From positions 1-64,000 of the IMG/VR virus record IMGVR_UViG_3300043429_001189: 64,000 bases of DNA, one strand, 5' to 3'. Below, piece by piece: positions 18,080 to 27,321 of this stretch. The stretch is from an uncultured virus (IMG/VR IMGVR_UViG_3300043429_001189). Lineage: Duplodnaviria; Heunggongvirae; Uroviricota; Caudoviricetes. The translations under genes and the position numbers were made by a program. The first letter of the stretch is position 1. Each line of letters begins with the position of its first letter. The notes under the pieces are model-generated. The model searched no databases, had not been told where the DNA came from, and saw only the letters and a list, made by a program, of their open reading frames with translations.

Positions 18080-18364
18080 TTAATATATTAAGTTTTCCCA
18101 GTTAAACCCTTCACCAAGAAATTCATCATTAAACTTTGTTGAACTTAAAAGATTTCCTTGACTGTCGTATATGTTCCACATAATTACGCCATGTTCATTG
18201 GTGATTTCAATTTTTCTTTCTCCATATTCGGAAACATATGTGGTTGATGCTACATCAGTTGCGTCGTTATATTTCCACCCTAAACTTTTTAGGTCAAGAA
18301 CAAGATCTTGCCATTCAGTATCGGATTCATTAATAAATGTTTTAAAACTATTAATATAATGCAT
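18080..18364 (-). CDS. Hypothetical protein with CTS-like leader
   Basis: Likely start MHYINSFKTFINE at 18364. Confidence 0.65.
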   Translation of the reverse strand: MHYINSFKTFINESDTEWQDLVLDLKSLGWKYNDATDVASTTYVSEYGERKIEITNEHGVIMWNIYDSQGNLLSSTKFNDEFLGEGFNWENLIY

Positions 18365-18365
18365 A

Positions 18366-18839
18366 CTATTTGTATTTTTTAATCCAATTTTCAAATACTG
18401 TAACAGGAGTCCTGTGCGCCATATTTTCGTAATGAAAAACATTGTTACCATTTCCCATTATTTGCAACCATTGCACTGTTTGAAAAGGTTTAATAACTTG
18501 ATCATTTAAACCCAAAATAATAGTATTGGTTACCTTTTTACCTCCTTTGGGATCAGGCGAAATGTTAACATGTATGCTACGATTATGCAAAGCTGGATTA
18601 AATAATAAAGTAGGAATATTGGTTTTTGTTGAAATGCAATACGATATCCATCCGCCCATTGAAGACCCAATCAAAAGATCAATCTTTTTTTCTTTAATTT
18701 CTGATATAATTTTATCATAATTAATATTACTTTGGTAGTTCATAGGCGGATCATACACATAATCAAAATATTTGCGCAAAATATCATTTTTCTCTGTGTA
18801 AGGATCGGATTCTAATCCGTGAAAATATGCAACTTTCAT
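18366..18839 (-). CDS. YqiA/YcfP-like alpha/beta hydrolase (esterase)
   Basis: YFHGLES, nucleophile elbow GSSMGG, FNPAL, D(QVI) and H(R) triad. Confidence 0.85.
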   Translation of the reverse strand: MKVAYFHGLESDPYTEKNDILRKYFDYVYDPPMNYQSNINYDKIISEIKEKKIDLLIGSSMGGWISYCISTKTNIPTLLFNPALHNRSIHVNISPDPKGGKKVTNTIILGLNDQVIKPFQTVQWLQIMGNGNNVFHYENMAHRTPVTVFENWIKKYK

Positions 18840-18844
18840 AATAA

Positions 18845-19438
18845 TTATTTTTTTGGTCTGCCTAACATAATTTTATCGTGAACATGCCCTCCAATCGTTC
18901 TGCTATACCATCCATCACCTGAAGCATTATTTTTGGTTCCTATCCAGTTAATTGGTTTACCTAAAATTTTGGCAACCAATTCAGCATCATCAACAACAGG
19001 AACGTTATATTTATTCATTAAAATTTCCGCAATTTTGCCCGAAACTTCAATGTAATGTCCTAATTTTTTAAGCTCAGTGCCACGCATCTCTAAATACTTT
19101 CTTTTGGATGCGGCATCGCCGTCGTGTCCTACTCCGGAATATTTTATGCCATGCTTTGTCTTTTCTCCAAAAATAATAATATCAAAGTTATTATCATTAT
19201 GAATATCAACCCCTTCCCAATAATTCCAATCAGGATCAGAAAAAACATCTTTAGGCGTTTTTACTTTAACGTGTCCTCCTATCTCAGCATATGCAATGGA
19301 AATTAATTCATAAAATTCATCAGCCAATTCAGGATGTTTTTTAGGATCAAATGTTATAGCTTTATTTCTAACAGGATTAAAAATTTCTCCTGAAGATTTT
19401 TCATTTAAAAAGCTTTCAAATGTTTGAACATATCTCAT
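18845..19438 (-). CDS. Hypothetical protein with CTS-like leader
   Basis: MRYVQTFESFLNE leader, AYAEIGG and GVGHDG. Confidence 0.65.
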   Translation of the reverse strand: MRYVQTFESFLNEKSSGEIFNPVRNKAITFDPKKHPELADEFYELISIAYAEIGGHVKVKTPKDVFSDPDWNYWEGVDIHNDNNFDIIIFGEKTKHGIKYSGVGHDGDAASKRKYLEMRGTELKKLGHYIEVSGKIAEILMNKYNVPVVDDAELVAKILGKPINWIGTKNNASGDGWYSRTIGGHVHDKIMLGRPKK

Positions 19439-19449
19439 TTTTTTAACAT

Positions 19450-21189
19450 TTATTTATTATATACAAGAATAGAACGAATTTGATGAAGAGCCGCAAAAAT
19501 TCCTGTAAATTTATATAATTTTCCTTTGTATAAAAAAGTTATACCTTCGGTAGGCACAATTGATTCTAATCCGCCGGCCGCCGCAACTCTTTCCAATTCA
19601 TATTCCATTTTTTTAATTGCGTCTTCTCCGCCTTCCTTGCGGATTTTAGCAATAACACTATCAATTTCTTTTTTCATTTCTTCAGCTGCTTTAGTTGGAT
19701 TTGCTGATAGAAACGAAGAAACATTTTTCATTACTTCGGTGCCTAATTCCAAAAATATTGATTCAAGCGGAAGATATACTCTTTTTTTTAATTCTTTTTC
19801 GCGAGTCTTTTCTAAATTAATAAACCATTCGGAAACGTTTACTGCTAAATTCTTTTTAATATTAGCAACTGTAAATGACTTATCTATGCCTGCTATCCTC
19901 TTTCCAAGCGCATCTAAATATTCATCAGGTATATCAATATTATCTCTTTTAGCAAGATCCTGTAGCATCCTTTTTGCATTGCCTAAAGCGTATTCTTCAA
20001 CGCTCGAAGAAAGATTAGTACCGCTTTCTTTCATTATTTTATTTAATAAAGAATAGTAGTATGCTTCCCTTGATTTGGTATTAGGCAAAGGTTGTAATGA
20101 AATATCTTGAGGTCCTCTTACATAAAACATTTCTTGCGCAGCAGCATTTGCATCAGCAATTAATTTACCTAAATCTCTGCCAGCCTGTTTATCTTCGCCA
20201 ATAGGGTTTCCATTTTCATCATATTCAATAACTCCATGAAATACCAACATATTTTGTCCATAAGGTACAGTATTTTGTGTAACTGGAGTTATAATTTCAA
20301 CGCTTGCAAATTTTCTTCCGTTTGCAAAATATTTTTCTTTGATGGCATTGCTTAACGATCCTACAGAAGAATTCAAGTCTTTCATTGCGGCAACAAACGC
20401 AATTTCTATGTCGCCTCTTCCCGCAAACATATTGGCAATTCCTTTTATTGTCAAAGAATCTTGCCCAAAATTTTTAATATGACTTTTATTACGAGCTGCT
20501 CTAATTTCTCCGTCCTTCCATGATATTGATAGCTGCTGGCCGTCTGTGTTATGAACCAATATGCCATTAGCAAAATATCTATGATTATTACCTACTGTTA
20601 AATCATAACATTTTTCGGTAGATACAATTTTACGAATTGATTTTACTTTTGATCTTTTGCTTAAATTTTCGGTATCCCGCAAATCTTTTTTCCAGACAGT
20701 TAAAACTTCATCACCTTCTTTTATTTCGTCAGCTCTTAGGTCAAACCCGTTAACATAAATTCTATGATTCGGCGTAGTTCTAATAATTTGTCCGTCTTCG
20801 GTTTCTATTTCAATCCATTCTGTTGCTTCTTCATTTTCAACCCAATCCATAATTGGTTGATATGAAATTTCTCCTAATTCATTGGATGTTAAAATATCAT
20901 CTTCAATTTTTGATTCTACTAAATCTTTAATTGAAATTAATCCTTTTGATTTTAAAGAAACGATAGTATCTCCGGACAAACATTTCTCTTGTGTAAAATT
21001 TTCAGGTCCAAAAGAGCCATTCACCGCAGCACTTATCATATCCTTTATATCCTGCATTGATAAATCAATATCCTCAAAAGGATGCGAGAGGTGCCCGTAA
21101 GCACCTCCTTCATTTATTTTATCATTAACATTAAAGTTTGCTATACGGCTTTCTTGAATAAGAAATTCTTTATATTTTAAAAAAGTCAT
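19450..21189 (-). CDS. RNA-ligase-like (covalent nucleotidyltransferase) protein containing a mini-intein
   Basis: GGAYGHLSHPFED. The spliced motif I reads QEK|TDGQQ, followed by RAARNK, SVEII, motif IV-like EGITF and motif V-like YKFTG. Leader MTFLKYKEFLIQE. Confidence 0.75.
   Translation of the reverse strand: MTFLKYKEFLIQESRIANFNVNDKINEGGAYGHLSHPFEDIDLSMQDIKDMISAAVNGSFGPENFTQEKCLSGDTIVSLKSKGLISIKDLVESKIEDDILTSNELGEISYQPIMDWVENEEATEWIEIETEDGQIIRTTPNHRIYVNGFDLRADEIKEGDEVLTVWKKDLRDTENLSKRSKVKSIRKIVSTEKCYDLTVGNNHRYFANGILVHNTDGQQLSISWKDGEIRAARNKSHIKNFGQDSLTIKGIANMFAGRGDIEIAFVAAMKDLNSSVGSLSNAIKEKYFANGRKFASVEIITPVTQNTVPYGQNMLVFHGVIEYDENGNPIGEDKQAGRDLGKLIADANAAAQEMFYVRGPQDISLQPLPNTKSREAYYYSLLNKIMKESGTNLSSSVEEYALGNAKRMLQDLAKRDNIDIPDEYLDALGKRIAGIDKSFTVANIKKNLAVNVSEWFINLEKTREKELKKRVYLPLESIFLELGTEVMKNVSSFLSANPTKAAEEMKKEIDSVIAKIRKEGGEDAIKKMEYELERVAAAGGLESIVPTEGITFLYKGKLYKFTGIFAALHQIRSILVYNK
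20548..20982 (-). mobile_element. Contiguous mini-intein (145 aa, no endonuclease)
   Basis: Begins CLSGDT, block B TTPNHRI, block F CYDLTV, ends ILVHN with +1 Thr. Confidence 0.93.
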
Positions 21190-21203
21190 TAGATTTTGTT
21201 TTT

Positions 21204-21887
21204 TTATCCAAGTCCTGCTGTCAAAATTCCTACTGCAGCGCCTAAATCGCCTTTAGCTTTTTTAAGAATACCATCAATTGTTTTTTCAGCTTTATTTTCA
21301 TCATAATCATTTTTATGCGCCTTCTTTAGAAGGTTTTGTGCATATTCTTTAAATTCTTCCTCGGTTTTAATTTTTGCTTCATTCAAGAATAAACCATACA
21401 AAAATTCAGCTTCGTCTATTACTAACTCTAAGTCTCTATCTTTATTTGCAATTAATTTGTTTAACTCTTTTTCAAGTTCTTTTTTCTTGGCGGTAAGAGC
21501 TTTTAATGTATTAAGTACTTTATCTTTTTCAGCGCCTGTTGCAGTTTTCCAAACTTTAGCAAGTTCAGCCATTTCTTTAGTTACTTTGCCCCATTCGTCA
21601 TGCACCTTTTCGATTGATTTAGCCTCATACATTTTAGCAGATTCTTTAACGCCGTGTTTTTCAATATCTTTTTCCCCCGCTTCGGTTGCTCCTTTGCCTT
21701 TATCCCAATCGGTTTTTAAATCATTAAAAAACTCTTTTTTCTTTGCGTCGTCCAAATCAGCTGGTGATTTTGCTCCATATTTTGCTAATTTAGCGCCAAA
21801 ATAATCACGCCAATTTTTTTGCAAATCTGACAAAGCTTTTTCCTCTGCTTCGCGTATAAGTGGTGTATAAACCGATAGTTTTTTCAT
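21204..21887 (-). CDS. Charged helical protein, probable prohead core/internal protein
   Basis: Lys/Glu-rich, with KYGAKSPADLDDAKKKEFF and several (I/V/L/Y)xE-A/S sites. Confidence 0.55.
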   Translation of the reverse strand: MKKLSVYTPLIREAEEKALSDLQKNWRDYFGAKLAKYGAKSPADLDDAKKKEFFNDLKTDWDKGKGATEAGEKDIEKHGVKESAKMYEAKSIEKVHDEWGKVTKEMAELAKVWKTATGAEKDKVLNTLKALTAKKKELEKELNKLIANKDRDLELVIDEAEFLYGLFLNEAKIKTEEEFKEYAQNLLKKAHKNDYDENKAEKTIDGILKKAKGDLGAAVGILTAGLG

Positions 21888-21905
21888 TCTTTTGGATTTT
21901 ATTTT

Positions 21906-22274
21906 TTATGCAGTTGTTCCGTAATGATTATCTTCATTTCCGAAATATTTTTTGGTTTCTTCTGTTAATGTTTTAATTGTTTCCTTAACTGTTTCGCCGA
22001 CAGAATCAGCAAGCATTTCAACAATATCTGAACTTATTCGCAATTTTTTATCAAGAGCATACACATACGTGGAAATACATTTATTAATTGTATTTCTTGC
22101 TTGTTTGTCATCGGTTTTGGCAAAATATACATCAAGTAATTTCCGCCTAAACCCTTCAACCGTTTCATCAGAATGGTTAACCGAAACTTCTTGTGGGCTA
22201 TTAGTTTTCATAACCCGACCAGACAAGTTTGTGCCTTTTTTTCCTTCAGCCAAAAAATCTTTATATAGTAACAT
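21906..22274 (-). CDS. Hypothetical protein with CTS-like leader
   Basis: MLLYKDFLAE closely resembles the T4 CTS MKTYQEFIAE. GATATATA lies immediately upstream. Confidence 0.65.
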   Translation of the reverse strand: MLLYKDFLAEGKKGTNLSGRVMKTNSPQEVSVNHSDETVEGFRRKLLDVYFAKTDDKQARNTINKCISTYVYALDKKLRISSDIVEMLADSVGETVKETIKTLTEETKKYFGNEDNHYGTTA

Positions 22275-22302
22275 AATTTATATATCATATGCGTTTATGA
22301 TA

Positions 22303-23820
22303 TTAAATGTTAATTCTGTATTCTTTATATGGAAATCCTTGCTGTTTGTATATCTTCATTCTTTCTTCACCATGCTTTAATAAATAATTCTTATTTCCTC
22401 CGTTCATTGAAAAGTCATCTACAAAATCTATAATGTTAACTCTTTCCTTGCCGTCTTTTAAACGCATACCTCGCCCAATAGATTGCCTAACAATTTTTTC
22501 GGATTTATAGGATTCCACAAAAAACACATTATGAATATTATTAATACTAATTCCTGTTGAAAAAGTACCAAAACTTGCAATTAGTATTTTATCATCGCCT
22601 TCTTCCATTCGATTAATATAATCATCTCGCAAATTAATAGGAGTGTTGCCGTCTACATAAAATATCGTCTTATCACTTGTATATTCTCGCAAATAGTCAT
22701 AAATTTGTTTTCCATATTGGTCTTTAACATTTTGAAATAATACTAAGCTATTTTTTGTTGATTTGGAAATAAAATCACACACAAATAAAAATCTAGGGCG
22801 ATTTTCAACAACCAATCTCTTTTCTATTTCTAATAGTTTGCTACCGTCAATTTCCGCTTTTCTGCTTCTTAGCTCTTCTAATTTTTCCCTGGAATCGGCA
22901 TCTAAATAATTGAGCTTTATTACTTTAATAAAAATTTTTGTGGCATAAGAATTTGCTTGCAAAAATGCGGCAGATATATTGTTTACCTGCGGACCTAAAT
23001 ATGCTTGAATTGTTAATGCTTCGGTGCTACCATTTTGCAACATAGTACCCGACAACCCAAATGCATATTTGGTATTTAAACAATTTCCAATAATTTTTTT
23101 GATGGAACTTGCTTGAGTGTGATGCGCTTCATCAACACAAATAGTAAAAATATCATCAAACCATTCTTTTTCACGTTTAACTAAAGTTTGATATGTTCCT
23201 ATAATAACATCAACGTCTTTTTTAGTTTTATCTGTTCCTCCGTGAACCATTTGTAATAAATAACGTAATTTACCATTATTATAAACTTCCCAATCCTCGT
23301 TGGTTTGAATAATTAGATTGGTGTTAGGAACAACCATTAAAAACTTTCCAGCTTTTTTACGGTCATATAAATAGGCAAAAATCATAAAAATGATTAGAGT
23401 TTTACCAGCCGAAGTGGCAATTTCAGATATGCTTCTACGGTATTTTAAAATTGGAATGCAAGCATCTATCTGATAATCTCTGGGTTTAATTTTTGGATGA
23501 TCGGAAAAAAACTCGTTTACCCAGCTTCTAAAATCTTCTTCATCAAAATTATAATCAATAACTTCTTCAATTCCTTCGATATCAAGTTTAAATTCGTATG
23601 TTTTACAAACATTACTTAATTCATTCCACAATCCAATAGGTATTCTTTGATATTTATCAATAAATGTTATGTACCCATCCCAAAGTTTTTTCTTTACGAG
23701 TGGGTGAAACCTCCAATTAGTGATTCTTTTTTTGAAAGAATATTGTATTTGTTCTAACTCTGTACTATTGCCTTCAATAATCTGTATAAATCTTCCATCA
23801 GGAGTTACTCGTGCTTTCAT
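22303..23820 (-). CDS. uvsW: UvsW-like SF2 DNA helicase
   Basis: WDG, PRDYQ, ATSAGKT, DEAH, GLSGT, STGISI and QSIGRGMR. Confidence 0.93.
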   Translation of the reverse strand: MKARVTPDGRFIQIIEGNSTELEQIQYSFKKRITNWRFHPLVKKKLWDGYITFIDKYQRIPIGLWNELSNVCKTYEFKLDIEGIEEVIDYNFDEEDFRSWVNEFFSDHPKIKPRDYQIDACIPILKYRRSISEIATSAGKTLIIFMIFAYLYDRKKAGKFLMVVPNTNLIIQTNEDWEVYNNGKLRYLLQMVHGGTDKTKKDVDVIIGTYQTLVKREKEWFDDIFTICVDEAHHTQASSIKKIIGNCLNTKYAFGLSGTMLQNGSTEALTIQAYLGPQVNNISAAFLQANSYATKIFIKVIKLNYLDADSREKLEELRSRKAEIDGSKLLEIEKRLVVENRPRFLFVCDFISKSTKNSLVLFQNVKDQYGKQIYDYLREYTSDKTIFYVDGNTPINLRDDYINRMEEGDDKILIASFGTFSTGISINNIHNVFFVESYKSEKIVRQSIGRGMRLKDGKERVNIIDFVDDFSMNGGNKNYLLKHGEERMKIYKQQGFPYKEYRINI

Positions 23821-24589
23821 TATCTTTATTTATTTCATAATAATATTCTTTAAACGGTAAAGAGTTCCAATTTGCATGAAAATCTTTACTTAATTCAATA
23901 AATTCTTTTTTCTTTTTGTCCAATTCTTCGCCTGCAAGAACTTCAAGTTGCATTCCTCCTGGGTGTGATATCCAAACTTGAACTTCATCAATAGGTTTTT
24001 TAAAAAGTTCTTCAAAAGAAAGGGCATATGCAGCACCTTGTTTTTTATATTTATTCATCACATCAATCCCACGTATTCCTGAAGCACTTTTAAAATCTGT
24101 GATAATTCTTTTGCCGTTAATATGTTCAAATCCAAAATCGGCTGTTCCAGCAAATAAATTTTGCAAAGACCACAAAAACTTTTCAGTAAAAATTACTCTT
24201 TTGATGTTGTCAAATACATTTTCATGTATAAAATTATAAAATAAATCTCTGCCGTAAGAAATTTTATCTTCAGCCATCCCATCTTCTCTTAAATCAGCAG
24301 GTGTCTTCTTTTGCGTGTATAATAAACACATATCAGAATTACCTCCATTTTTGATACATATCATATAATTCTCCAAAAACCGATGCATAGCCGTACCTCT
24401 GCCTGCTGCACGTTCTCCTATTTCTTGAAGCTTTTCTTTTCCGATTGCATCTTCTAAATCTTGAAGATACTTTGAAGGTTCATATGAAAGAATAGTGGTA
24501 ACAGAAGGCATAAATATCGGCTCTGCATCATTTTCTTTATAAACATAAACTCTCCCGTGTGGTGTTTCAAATCTTTTAACTTTTGACAT
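23798..24589 (-). CDS. PD-(D/E)xK exonuclease
   Basis: PSVTTIL, RGTAMH, AGTADF, DFKS and QGAAYA. Confidence 0.85.
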   Translation of the reverse strand: MSKVKRFETPHGRVYVYKENDAEPIFMPSVTTILSYEPSKYLQDLEDAIGKEKLQEIGERAAGRGTAMHRFLENYMICIKNGGNSDMCLLYTQKKTPADLREDGMAEDKISYGRDLFYNFIHENVFDNIKRVIFTEKFLWSLQNLFAGTADFGFEHINGKRIITDFKSASGIRGIDVMNKYKKQGAAYALSFEELFKKPIDEVQVWISHPGGMQLEVLAGEELDKKKKEFIELSKDFHANWNSLPFKEYYYEINKDNESTSNS

Positions 24590-24590
24590 A

Positions 24591-25061
24591 TTATCCTCTT
24601 CTATATTCTTCTAATTGAATTCTGTGTTTAATACCGAAAGAAATTGTATCAATTGTTTTAACAGTTTCTTTCATATAATCTAAGTGATTTTGTAATAATT
24701 CTTTTCTTTCGTTAATATCAGCAATATCTACATATATATGTAATTCCTTTGGCTCTTTATCCATTCGTAAATCATAATTTCTGGTATAATGTTCCCACTT
24801 TTCAATTTTCTTTGCTCTAAAAATTTGATTTACTTTAGATAAATGAACCATTAAAGTATGACAATATTCAACAGCAATTTGCCTATACGAATAAATGTCA
24901 ACCTGCAAATCAGCAATTTTGTAAATATCCCTTAATCTTTCGGACATATCTTTAATCCTATCCGTCCACTCGTTTCTTTCAGTTTTAAATCTTGCAATTA
25001 ATTGCTCATTAATTTCACTAGAAGAGGTTTGAGGATTTGTGTTTGTGTTTTCTTGTGTCAC
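24591..25061 (-). CDS. uvsY: UvsY-like recombination mediator
   Basis: Helical 156-aa protein near uvsW ending DYMKETVKTIDTISFGIKHRIQLEEYRRG; GTG start. Confidence 0.65.
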   Translation of the reverse strand: MTQENTNTNPQTSSSEINEQLIARFKTERNEWTDRIKDMSERLRDIYKIADLQVDIYSYRQIAVEYCHTLMVHLSKVNQIFRAKKIEKWEHYTRNYDLRMDKEPKELHIYVDIADINERKELLQNHLDYMKETVKTIDTISFGIKHRIQLEEYRRG

Positions 25062-25209
25062 GTATTTCAGATTTAATAATTAACTTTTTCTTGACAGATG
25101 ATACTTGAATTTCAGAAAAATCAGGTTTTTCAAAATTAAAAGAAAACTCGACATTTCCTTTAAACCTCACTTCTTCGTCTAAACCTATTTCATTAGATCC
25201 AGTATGCAT
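25018..25209 (-). CDS. Small hypothetical protein
   Basis: MHTGSNEIGLDEE... fills the gap between primase and uvsY and overlaps both ends. Confidence 0.45.
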   Translation of the reverse strand: MHTGSNEIGLDEEVRFKGNVEFSFNFEKPDFSEIQVSSVKKKLIIKSEIRDTRKHKHKSSNLF

Positions 25210-26314
25210 CGTATTTATCGTTGGAAAAATAGTTTGCCAATCTTGGTATTGAGATGTTTTTTCTTTTTGCCAAGACGACAAGGTCTGTGAGGTCCATTTT
25301 TTTATTTGTCGGTTCATCGATATTTGCTTCTTTAAAAAATTTCTTCCATAAAAATACAGGCTTGCCTTCTTTTAGGCGTTTAATTGAGGCTTCTTTACCC
25401 GCTTTATCAAAATCATACAAATATCTTAAAGATGATAAATCAATCGGAACATCAATATTTGACGAACAAGTAGCTATCGAATTTTTATATAAAAAAGAAT
25501 CTAAAGGTCCTTCAAACACCGTAATAGGCAATGATAAATCCACATTAAGTAAACCAAAAATAGTTGACATTGGATCAACTTCTTCTACTTCATGTGTTAC
25601 AGTTTTTCCAAAAATTTCGTATATTTTGCTTAATCTAAATGTCATATACTTAGGATATGTTTTAAAATTTCTAATCTGAAAACCTAAAACTTGATTGGTA
25701 TTAGGAATCAGATTAAAAATGTAAAGTTGTTCTTTTTCTTTACTCCAAGAAAAAATATCCATGTTTGGCTGCAACCTTTTAATTAAATAAGTTGCTATTG
25801 GAGATTTATCAATTCTTTTTAATTTAAACTTGTCCTCAATTATATTCCTATCAACAGCTAAAGTTTTTAATTTTTCTATGTCAAATAAGTAAGAAGGGTC
25901 TAATTGAATAATTTCCTTTTTTGTACTTTCCTCAGCATCTTTGATGTAAAGCATCTCATCAACGCTAAACACATCTTTTTTGAAGTCCTTTAAGAATTTA
26001 TAAACATCAGTGTATTTTCCACAATTATAACACTTAAAATATAATTTATCAATATAAATATTTCCGCGTTTTTTATGTGTATCAACGCTACTGTCTCCAC
26101 AATAAGGACATGCAAAATTTAAACGCCCAGCTTTATTATAAATTATTCTCTTTTCACTGTGTGCATGGTTGCTGTTTAAAATTTCCTGTAAAGAAACTTT
26201 AATCTTTTCAATAATTTGTTGAGGATTAACAGCAACTGAATCTTTATCATAAGAAAAAGAGAATGAGGTTTTACCCCCATTCTCTCCGTTTTCATTTGAA
26301 TTAAAGTGATGCAT
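25193..26314 (-). CDS. gp61: DNA primase (T4 gp61-like)
   Basis: Zn-binding CPYCGDS...CYNC and TOPRIM VFEGPLDS, YDFDKAG, MDLTD. The start is uncertain; ATG 26314 overlaps the gp32 end. Confidence 0.9.
   Translation of the reverse strand: MHHFNSNENGENGGKTSFSFSYDKDSVAVNPQQIIEKIKVSLQEILNSNHAHSEKRIIYNKAGRLNFACPYCGDSSVDTHKKRGNIYIDKLYFKCYNCGKYTDVYKFLKDFKKDVFSVDEMLYIKDAEESTKKEIIQLDPSYLFDIEKLKTLAVDRNIIEDKFKLKRIDKSPIATYLIKRLQPNMDIFSWSKEKEQLYIFNLIPNTNQVLGFQIRNFKTYPKYMTFRLSKIYEIFGKTVTHEVEEVDPMSTIFGLLNVDLSLPITVFEGPLDSFLYKNSIATCSSNIDVPIDLSSLRYLYDFDKAGKEASIKRLKEGKPVFLWKKFFKEANIDEPTNKKMDLTDLVVLAKRKNISIPRLANYFSNDKYDAYWI
26252..26285 (-). terminator. Terminator-like hairpin after gp32
   Basis: Minus-strand AGAGAATGGGG-GTAAAA-CCTCATTCTCT followed by a T run. 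Confidence 0.55.
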
Positions 26315-27236
26315 AAAGGTCATCATCAAAAGAATTTGGGTCAAAATCATCAGAATCATCGAGTATTGATGATGTTTCAACAGCCGCAGGTTTTGGTTTA
26401 GTCGGCGCGGACGGCAAAACAAAATCATCATTGCTTTCAGAGATTGCTGATGTAGTTTTTCGATTGTTTTTTTCCACGGATTCAATCATACGGCCACCTG
26501 GGACAGTGTTTCTGATAACTTGATTGACAAAATCTTCGGTTGCTTGATCCCAATCTTGATAATCATAAGCACTTAGATCAGGAGATTCGTCAAGATATGA
26601 TTTAATTTTATTAAAGCATTCTTGAGTTTTTTCCATTTTTTCTCCATCTATGGTAAGCGGCATTTTTTCATCCAAAAAACGACAATTATCATAGTTATTA
26701 TAACCTGCTACTTGCGTAATGTGAACAAGAAATGGCTTTCCTTCAAAAAGATCAAAAGGAATGTGTGGTTTTCCAAATTCTGGCTTCATTTCAGCCTGTA
26801 ATTTGTTGTAAATTTTGACTCCATAAGGCCACACCATAATTTTACCAACCATTTCAGGATTGTTGTCATCTTTGATGATTTGAACCAATGAAGCAAATCG
26901 TTGCCTGCGAGAAAAATTTTCGGCTAATTTTTGTTCAGCAACAGAATCAGACTTTTTAAATTTCCAATAAAAATCTTGGATAATTGACTTTTTACCAACA
27001 GTGGAAGGGCAGTCAACCATTTTTCCTTCATTATTAGCTGGATCAACCAACCAACATGACCATTTTTTCATTACCGATTTTTTTGCATCCTTATGCCAAG
27101 GAATAAATCGAACTACTGCTTTGTAAACTCCATCTTTACCAGATTTTGAATCAGGTTTAAAAATTAAAGATTGTTTACGTTCGGGCTCTTTGAAGTCATC
27201 GAGCGAAAGATTAAAGATGTCATTAAGATTCTCCAT
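26301..27236 (-). CDS. gp32: Single-stranded DNA binding protein (T4 gp32-like)
   Basis: AVVRFIP, CPSTVGK, PFDLFEG, YNNYD and an acidic C-terminal tail DDSDDFDPNSFDDDLYASL. Confidence 0.9.
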   Translation of the reverse strand: MENLNDIFNLSLDDFKEPERKQSLIFKPDSKSGKDGVYKAVVRFIPWHKDAKKSVMKKWSCWLVDPANNEGKMVDCPSTVGKKSIIQDFYWKFKKSDSVAEQKLAENFSRRQRFASLVQIIKDDNNPEMVGKIMVWPYGVKIYNKLQAEMKPEFGKPHIPFDLFEGKPFLVHITQVAGYNNYDNCRFLDEKMPLTIDGEKMEKTQECFNKIKSYLDESPDLSAYDYQDWDQATEDFVNQVIRNTVPGGRMIESVEKNNRKTTSAISESNDDFVLPSAPTKPKPAAVETSSILDDSDDFDPNSFDDDLYASL

Positions 27237-27321
27237 TTTACTTTAGATTTATTTTAGTTTGTTTTAAGTTTACATTAAGACGCCTTAAGTGAATTCAATT
27301 TATATATTCACGAACAAAACA

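Noticed and set aside
26315..26485. N-terminal extension of the primase ORF in the track
   Set aside because: It overlaps the gp32 acidic tail in another frame and looks non-coding.
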